A stretch of 64,000 bases of DNA from an uncultured delta proteobacterium (GTDB lineage: Bacteria > Myxococcota_A > Polyangia > Polyangiales > Polyangiaceae), in NCBI GenBank assembly GCA_963696385.1, contig CAVOKF010000004.1, positions 192,001 through 256,000 on the forward strand. The letters are read 5' to 3'. Positions within the stretch are counted from its first letter, which is position 1, and each line of letters begins with the position of its first letter. The notes beneath the pieces are model-generated. The model searched no databases, was not told the DNA's origin, and saw only the letters and a program-made list of their open reading frames with translations. Both the position numbers and the translations under genes were made by a program. This document shows positions 57,940 through 64,000 of this stretch, one piece after another.

Positions 57940-59351
57940 GTACTCAACATTCGCACCGGCTCCGACTCCGGAGCTTCCCGGTCTGCGACGTCGGTCTGGG
58001 TGGGGCGACCCGGATGGGGAAGGCGAAGACACGGCTTGGCCTTGGTGGGTAGCCTCAGGCAGACGGTCGTACCCGCTCCGGGCGCGCTCTTGAATTCGAG
58101 CCGGCCGCCGTGCTGCTCGATGAGACCGCGGGCGACGGCGAGCCCGAGGCCGGAGCCGCCCTCTTTCGTCGTAAAATAGGGCTTACGGATGCGCTCGATC
58201 ACTTCGGGAGTCATTCCAAGGCCTTGATCGCGCACCGTGATGCGAGCGCCCTCCGGGTCGCGCGCGATCGTGATCGTCACACTCCCACCGGGCGACGATG
58301 CTTGGATTGCGTTGAGGACGATATTGAGCAGCGCCTGACGAAGCCGCCGGACGTCCGCGTCCACGACCAGCGCCTCGTCACCGGACACCTGGAGCGTCAC
58401 GCCTGCGTCCTCCGCACGAGCTTCGAGCAGCACCGCGAGCTCGCGCGCGACTTCGTGCACGCGGGTCGGGGCGAGGGTCAGGTCCTCGAGCCCGCGGGAG
58501 AACGAGAGGAATCCGTCGACGACCGACTGGAGTCGGTCGGCTTCGGCCGCGACGATCGCCAGTCGCTCCGCGGTCTTGGGATCCGAGGCGTGACGAGCCA
58601 TGTGCGTGGACAGCCCTTTGATGGCGGCAAGCGGATTTTTGACCTCGTGCGCAAGGCGCGCGGCCATCCCTTCGAGCGCTCGGGTGCGATCCTCGTTTTC
58701 GGAACACAGCTCCTCGCGTCGCTCCGCCAGCTCGAGCGCAGCGCGTTCGTACCCGCGCGTCATCATGCATCCCATGCGATAGACCCCGAGCATCGTGAAG
58801 AGCACGGCCAGCAGCGTCACGATGACGTATTCCGGACTCGCCCAGCCGGCCGAGGGCTGGAGCGGAGCCCCCCACTGTCCGAGCGACGTGCGCGACAGGA
58901 TGGCGAGAGCGACGAAGCAGCCGAGAAACGCGAGGATGATGAGCGAGCGCAACCACGGCGGATCGCGCAAGGCGATCGCGGCCGCCATGATCGTGACGGC
59001 GCTGGTCACGAGAAGCGGACTCGCCAGTCCCCCCGTCGTCGCGAGTAGAGCGAAGTAACTCGCCGAGCCGAGCACGAAGGACAGGGCCTTGACGACGAAA
59101 CTCTGCCACCAGATTCGAGCTGCCAAGAGCGAACCGAGGACGAGCACGGCGAGCACTTGAACGAGGGCACGCGGCCCTGATTCGCCGCGCACGACGAGAA
59201 GCGTCAAGACCAAGACGTTGAACAGGAGAAACCACGTGAGCCGCCAGCGAGCCGTCGCGTGGCCCATCTCATCGAAAATTCGCCGCCGCAGCGCTTCGAA
59301 TCGCACACGGTCGCGCTGTTGATGGGCGGGCCCGGGCGCAGCGATCGTCAT
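57936..59351 (-). CDS. Membrane sensor histidine kinase
   Basis: Multi-TM N-terminus; LAHEVKNPL, NIVLNA, DQGLG, GSGLGL; TGA overlaps the regulator ATG. Confidence 0.92.
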   Translation of the reverse strand: MTIAAPGPAHQQRDRVRFEALRRRIFDEMGHATARWRLTWFLLFNVLVLTLLVVRGESGPRALVQVLAVLVLGSLLAARIWWQSFVVKALSFVLGSASYFALLATTGGLASPLLVTSAVTIMAAAIALRDPPWLRSLIILAFLGCFVALAILSRTSLGQWGAPLQPSAGWASPEYVIVTLLAVLFTMLGVYRMGCMMTRGYERAALELAERREELCSENEDRTRALEGMAARLAHEVKNPLAAIKGLSTHMARHASDPKTAERLAIVAAEADRLQSVVDGFLSFSRGLEDLTLAPTRVHEVARELAVLLEARAEDAGVTLQVSGDEALVVDADVRRLRQALLNIVLNAIQASSPGGSVTITIARDPEGARITVRDQGLGMTPEVIERIRKPYFTTKEGGSGLGLAVARGLIEQHGGRLEFKSAPGAGTTVCLRLPTKAKPCLRLPHPGRPTQTDVADREAPESEPVRMLST

Positions 59352-59455
59352 CTCGGAGCAATTGCAGCAAATCCCGTGCGCATGCGCCAGTGCGGCATCC
59401 CTGCGGGAAAGCGCCACCGAGAAACTGTCCGGATCCGGACAGTTGCCGCCCTTCG

Positions 59456-60332
59456 CTACGCGCCGGAGGGCGCGAACTCCACTCGCGCCGCGCCGTCGAG
59501 AAGTCCCCGGGCGCGCGCGCGCGCGAACAGCTCGTCGATGGCGACCTGCACGTCCGGGGGTGCCTCGATCGTGTCGGCATTGGCGTACATGGCCAGATAG
59601 CGATCGAGTAGACCGGGGTCGAGGTCGAGATCGGTCCGAGACTCGCGCTCGAGCAGGGCCTGCATCGTTTCCGCCCGGTGGGCCAGCGACCAGGCGATCG
59701 ACGAGCTTAATCAGGCGCGACACGTGGGCGATGCTCGCCGGCCCGAGGCCGCGCCGAATGGCGTTTCCGCCCAGAGGCAGCGGCAGCCCCCCCGTCGTCA
59801 GCGCCCAGCGTTGTCCGAGATCGCACACGGCAGCGAGCCCCTCGCGAGCGTACGTGAGTCGGCCCTCGTGGATGATCAACGCGGCATCGACTTCGCCGGA
59901 ACGGACGGCGTCGAATGCGCGCGCGTAGGGGGCAATGGGCACGACGACCGGCTCGAACTCGGGCAGCAGCAACCGCAGCACGACGTACGACGTGGTCCGC
60001 AAGCCGGGAACAGCGATGCGCCCGCCGCGGAGCGACTCGAGCTCGCGCGCCTGCCGAGCGACGACGACGGGGCCGTAACCGCGACCGACCGACATGCCGT
60101 GCGGCAGCAGCAGGTAGTCTCGAGCGATCGAGGGCCACCGTGCGACGGACACCGCCAACACGTCGATGTCGGCCGTGGCGGCGCGAGCGTTGAGGGCTTC
60201 CGTGTCGGCCCGCTCGGCTTCGAAGACGAAGTTCTCGGGATCGATCTTGCCCGAGAGCAGCGGCCAAAACATGAACAGGTCGTCGCTGTCCGGCGAGAAC
60301 GCGAGTCGAACGCGAGTCGGAGGGGTGGCCAT
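59456..60332 (-). CDS. mqnD: MqnD-like menaquinone (futalosine pathway) protein, split by one extra base at about 59705
   Basis: AFSPDSDDLFMF, GRGYGP, PGLRTT, IIHEGRLTY, LPLPLGGN. Removing one base gives IKSSIAWSLAHR...YLAMYANADT. Confidence 0.82.
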
Positions 60333-60373
60333 GGGCAGCAGAGCGTAGCCCGGTCCTGAGCTACCTTGTCGAG

Positions 60374-61141
60374 ATGCGCTTCGCTGCCCTGCGCCCTCCG
60401 GCTCCGTCGACCGCCCGCGACCGCTACGTACGCCTCGTCGACACGCAGGCCTTCGCTCTCGACGATGCGCCGTGGCTCGGCGGCCGTGAGACCGGAGAGT
60501 CGTGGACGTGGAGCGACCGGGATCTGCAATGCCCCGTACGCCCATCCAAGATTGTTTGCGTCGGCCGCAACTACGCGGCACATGCTCGGGAACTCGGCAA
60601 CGCCGTCCCGGCCGAGCCCCTCTTGTTTCTCAAGCCTCCGTCGGCCCTCGTCGGTCCCGGATCCGCCGTGAATCTACCGCCCGAGAGCTCTCGGGTCGAA
60701 CACGAGGCGGAGCTCGCCGTCGTGATCGGCCAGCGCGCCAAGAACGTCGCACCAGGCGCGGCGCTGCGATACGTGTTCGGCTACAGCTGCGCGTGCGACG
60801 TGACGGCTCGAGACCTTCAGCGGCGTGACGTGCAGTTCACTCGGGCGAAGGGGTTCGACACGTTCTGCCCCGTCGGGCCGTGGATCGAGACCGACATCGA
60901 TCCGGGCGCAGTGCGCATTCGCTGCACGGTCGGCGGCGCGCTGCGCCAAGACGGCGCGACGTCGGAGATGCTGTTCGACGTGCCGACCCTCGTCGCCTTC
61001 GTCAGTCGAATGATGACGCTCGAGCCGGGCGACGTCCTTCTCACGGGCACGCCAGAAGGAACGGGCCCGATCGAAGCGGGCGACCGGCTGGAGGTCGACG
61101 TGAGCGGGATCGGCGCGCTGCAGCTCCACGTGGAGAGATGA
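60374..61141 (+). CDS. Fumarylacetoacetate hydrolase family protein
   Basis: KIVCVGRNYAAH, FLKPPS, HEAELAVVIG, DVTARD, AKGFDTFCP, TGTPEG. Confidence 0.93.
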   Translation: MRFAALRPPAPSTARDRYVRLVDTQAFALDDAPWLGGRETGESWTWSDRDLQCPVRPSKIVCVGRNYAAHARELGNAVPAEPLLFLKPPSALVGPGSAVNLPPESSRVEHEAELAVVIGQRAKNVAPGAALRYVFGYSCACDVTARDLQRRDVQFTRAKGFDTFCPVGPWIETDIDPGAVRIRCTVGGALRQDGATSEMLFDVPTLVAFVSRMMTLEPGDVLLTGTPEGTGPIEAGDRLEVDVSGIGALQLHVER

Positions 61142-61145
61142 CCGG

Positions 61146-61955
61146 TTGCGTCCCACGGTCGCGGGCGCACTCGTCGCGGCAACGGTCGGCATCGCCCTGG
61201 CGGTCGCCGTCGTACGGCGCGGTCGCGGAGAGGGGGCGCGCTGCGGAAGCGCCTTCGTCGCCCGCGGCACCCGGTGCGTGCCTCCGGAATCGGGAAGCTG
61301 CCCCCGACCACTCGAGTGGACGACGCACGGCTGCGATGCGCCCGACGCGCGAGTGTTCGTCGCGGAGGCCTCGATTCCCCTCGGGGCTGCGGACTGGGAA
61401 GCGGAGGGACGCGTCATCGCCCATACGGCCCACGTCTCTGCGTTTCGGATCGCCGCCTTCGAAGCGACGCGGGGTCAATGGGGAGACACGGTCGACCCCG
61501 CGCGTGCAGCGACCGGGATGACTCGCCGCGAAGCTGCCGCCTTCTGCTCCGAGCGGGGAGGTCGGTTGCCCACCGAGGACGAGTGGATGATTGCCGCTGC
61601 GCCCGCGCTCGCGCCGCCGCGCCGCTACCCGTGGGGCGACACGGGCGCCGTCTGCCGCCGCGCGGCCTGGGGGTTGCTGACCGGCCCGTGCGCGGTGGGC
61701 GCGGACGGTCCCGACACCGTCGGCTCGCACCCCGACGGCGACTCACCGCTCGGCCTTCACGACCTCGCCGGAAACGTCGCCGAGTGGGTCGCACCAGGAC
61801 CGCTCGTACCGGCGGGCGCGGGGGTTGGCATCGCCAAAGGCGGCTCGTGGCAGAGTAGCCTCGCGAGCGACCTGAGAATCTGGGCTCGGCTGGAGATCGA
61901 AGCCGACTCGAGGGACCCTCGCGTGGGGGTGCGATGTGCCTATCCCATTGATTGA
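61146..61955 (+). CDS. Formylglycine-generating-enzyme (SUMF1)-like domain protein
   Basis: AFC...GRLPTEDEW, RYPWG, GLHDLAGNVAEWV, KGGSW, VGVRCA. Confidence 0.88.
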   Translation: MRPTVAGALVAATVGIALAVAVVRRGRGEGARCGSAFVARGTRCVPPESGSCPRPLEWTTHGCDAPDARVFVAEASIPLGAADWEAEGRVIAHTAHVSAFRIAAFEATRGQWGDTVDPARAATGMTRREAAAFCSERGGRLPTEDEWMIAAAPALAPPRRYPWGDTGAVCRRAAWGLLTGPCAVGADGPDTVGSHPDGDSPLGLHDLAGNVAEWVAPGPLVPAGAGVGIAKGGSWQSSLASDLRIWARLEIEADSRDPRVGVRCAYPID

Positions 61956-61981
61956 GGCTTGCGCTAACCTCCTGCGTCCCA

Positions 61982-63262
61982 ATGACGTGCGCGGTGCTGT
62001 CGATTGGGACTGAGTTGACGCGCGGGGAGATCGTCAACTCGAACGCCGCCTGGCTGAGCTCGGAGCTGACAGCCCTTGGTTTCGAGGTCGTCGAGCACGC
62101 GGTCGTCGACGACGACTTCACGCGAATCGGCGAGGCTCTGCTGAGGCTTTCGGTGCGAGCGCGCGTAGTGGTAGCGACCGGAGGGCTGGGCCCGACCACC
62201 GATGACCTGACGGCGAGAGCCGTCGCAGGAGCCTTGGGCATGCCTCTGGTCCGCGACCAGGCAAGCATCGAACACATTCGAAGGCGTTTCGAACGGGCCC
62301 GCCGGACGATGACGGCGTCGAACGAGAAGCAGGCCGATTTTCCCGAAGGGGCCGACATCCTGCCCAATCCGATCGGCACGGCACCGGGCTTCGGGGTCAA
62401 GGTCGGCGAGTGCGCCGGGTACTTCGTGCCCGGCGTGCCGCGCGAGATGAAGCGCATGTTCGAGGAGCAGGTCGCTCCGCGTATTCGAGCGCTCGCGCCT
62501 GACACATCGTTCCAATCGCGATTGCTGACCTTCGGACTTCCCGAAAGCGTGATCGGTGAAAAGCTTGCGGGAATCGAAGAAGCCTTCCCGGGCATCACCC
62601 TTGGGTATCGGGCGCACTTTCCCGAAATCGAAGTGAAGGTCCTGGCGAGAAGCACGTCTCGAGGGGGCGCGCGCACCCTCTGCGACCGGGCGACCGCGGA
62701 GGTCCGTTCCCGCTTGGGAGGTTGTATCTACGGCGAAGCGGAGGAGACGTTTGCCGGCGTGATCGGGCGCGCGCTGCGGGCGCGGGGGTGGACCCTCGCG
62801 ATCGCGGAGTCCTGCACCGGCGGCCTCGTCGGACAGATGTTGACCGCCGAGCCGGGCGCAAGCGACTTTCTGCTGCTCGACGCGGTGACCTATGCCAATA
62901 GCGCGAAATCGCGCGTGCTCGGCGTCGACGAAGAAACGATCCGCTGGCACGGCGCGGTGAGCCCGGAGGTCGCCGAGGCGATGGCCCGGGGAGCCAAGCG
63001 CATCGCGGCGTCCGACGTGGCGCTCGCCCTCACGGGCATTGCCGGACCCGGCGGCGGGAGCGAACTCAAGCCGGTCGGTACGGTCTACATGGCGCTCACG
63101 CGCCCGGACGGAACGACCGACGTTCAGCACCGGGTCTTCAACGGGGACCGCGAACAAATACGAACGCTCGCGTCGTACGCCAGCCTGCAGATGGTGCGGG
63201 AGCTCTGCGCTTCGCGCATCGGGGAACGCGCGGCGGAAACCTCTGGTGTCGAGCGCTCTTGA
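61982..63262 (+). CDS. cinA: Competence/damage-inducible protein CinA (MoCF domain plus PncC)
   Basis: IGTELTRG..NSN, TGGLGPTTDDLT, PGVPREM, AESCTGG, TGIAGPGGG..KPVGTV. Confidence 0.94.
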   Translation: MTCAVLSIGTELTRGEIVNSNAAWLSSELTALGFEVVEHAVVDDDFTRIGEALLRLSVRARVVVATGGLGPTTDDLTARAVAGALGMPLVRDQASIEHIRRRFERARRTMTASNEKQADFPEGADILPNPIGTAPGFGVKVGECAGYFVPGVPREMKRMFEEQVAPRIRALAPDTSFQSRLLTFGLPESVIGEKLAGIEEAFPGITLGYRAHFPEIEVKVLARSTSRGGARTLCDRATAEVRSRLGGCIYGEAEETFAGVIGRALRARGWTLAIAESCTGGLVGQMLTAEPGASDFLLLDAVTYANSAKSRVLGVDEETIRWHGAVSPEVAEAMARGAKRIAASDVALALTGIAGPGGGSELKPVGTVYMALTRPDGTTDVQHRVFNGDREQIRTLASYASLQMVRELCASRIGERAAETSGVERS

Positions 63263-63852
63263 GCGCGGGAGCGGAACCAGGCGAGAGCGCGATTCGCGCC
63301 TTCGTCGCCCTCGACCTGCACCCGATGGGCGTGCGTCGAATCGGACGCGTCGCCGAACGTCTGAGGATGTCGAGCGGTGCGCCCCGCGCAGCGTGGACGC
63401 CGCCTGCCAAGATTCACGTGACTCTCAAATTCATCGGCCAGTTGCCGACGTCGACCGTAGAGCCGCTACGACAGGCGATCGGCCTGTTGACCGATGGGAA
63501 AGCGGCTCCGGTGCTCGGTGAGATCGGCCTCGACGCGTTTCCTTCGATGCGGGAGGCCCTCGTGGTCATCGCGACGCTCTCCGATCCGAAGGGTGAGTTG
63601 GCTCAATGGGCGCGTCGACTCGACGATCGCGCCGCCCTGCTCGGCATCGCGAAGGTGACGCGCGCGTTTCGCCCGCACGTGACGTTGGCGCGGCTGAAAC
63701 GCGCGTACGACGCACGGCGATGGCTACGTCCGGAGCTGGCCGGTGGGGCCGGCGAGTGCATCGCGGCGACGATGGCTTTGTACCGGAGCGTTGTCGGCCC
63801 CGAGGGCTCGACGTACGAGGCGCTCGCGCGTTTTGCATGGGCGCCGTCCTAG
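63259..63852 (+). CDS. thpR: RNA 2',3'-cyclic phosphodiesterase (2H family)
   Basis: RAFVAL, HVTLKF, FRPHVTLAR; follows cinA. Confidence 0.9.
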   Translation: MSAGAEPGESAIRAFVALDLHPMGVRRIGRVAERLRMSSGAPRAAWTPPAKIHVTLKFIGQLPTSTVEPLRQAIGLLTDGKAAPVLGEIGLDAFPSMREALVVIATLSDPKGELAQWARRLDDRAALLGIAKVTRAFRPHVTLARLKRAYDARRWLRPELAGGAGECIAATMALYRSVVGPEGSTYEALARFAWAPS

Positions 63853-64000
63853 CGAACGCGACCTCTCGAACCCTGGTAGGGCTGCCAACCCAGGGCCCGG
63901 CCAACGAATCGGCGAGATCCGGACGTTCGCACCGAATCGGGTTACCCATGAAGGGGTGAACACGACCCGGCGTTGCGCTCGGCCCTTTCCGTGGGCCGCG

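Noticed and set aside
57936..60581. Apparent 881-aa MqnD-histidine kinase fusion in the ORF track
   Set aside because: A frameshift at about 59705 explains it. The MqnD C-terminus is in another frame ending at 59456, and the kinase has its own start at 59351.
63853..64000. Expected recA or LexA box after cinA-thpR
   Set aside because: Neither is recognisable before the window ends.

Overview
High-GC bacterial chromosome segment. Gene content (CdnL, AgmX/PglI-type C-terminal domain protein, DUF2378, FHA and Hanks-type kinase, CPSKY-type CcmE, MqnD-like protein) points to a myxobacterium of the Polyangiaceae/Sorangiineae type; this is an inference from recognised protein families. Most of the window is core-like: cdnL, ppx, ompA/motB, a histone-like protein, ccmE, a kinase/FHA pair, ECF sigma-antisigma-gshB, recC-recB-recD followed by a PD-(D/E)XK-like protein, a five-gene GDP-heptose-type operon with its own transaldolase, a pair of large TPR/DUF3857/transglutaminase-like proteins (one with and one without the catalytic triad), ubiA/CPBP/TMTC-like membrane genes, tlyA, a sigma54 two-component system, cinA and thpR. 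An accessory stretch of about 8.4 kb lies between convergent tRNA-Ser(GCT) and tRNA-Lys(CTT) genes. It begins with a dead tyrosine integrase that has a TAG exactly at the catalytic Tyr position and whose frame runs into the tRNA. Non-coding structure read directly from the sequence: a two-hairpin dispersed repeat placed immediately after stop codons at two loci 44 kb apart, up to three tandem duplications spanning stop codons, a 6 x 14 bp tandem array, and a 3 x ~29 bp direct-repeat array upstream of a LytTR-only regulator. About six single-base frameshifts, including one in cdnL, suggest long-read consensus errors. No CRISPR array or rRNA was seen. All product calls come from motif recognition, not database searches.
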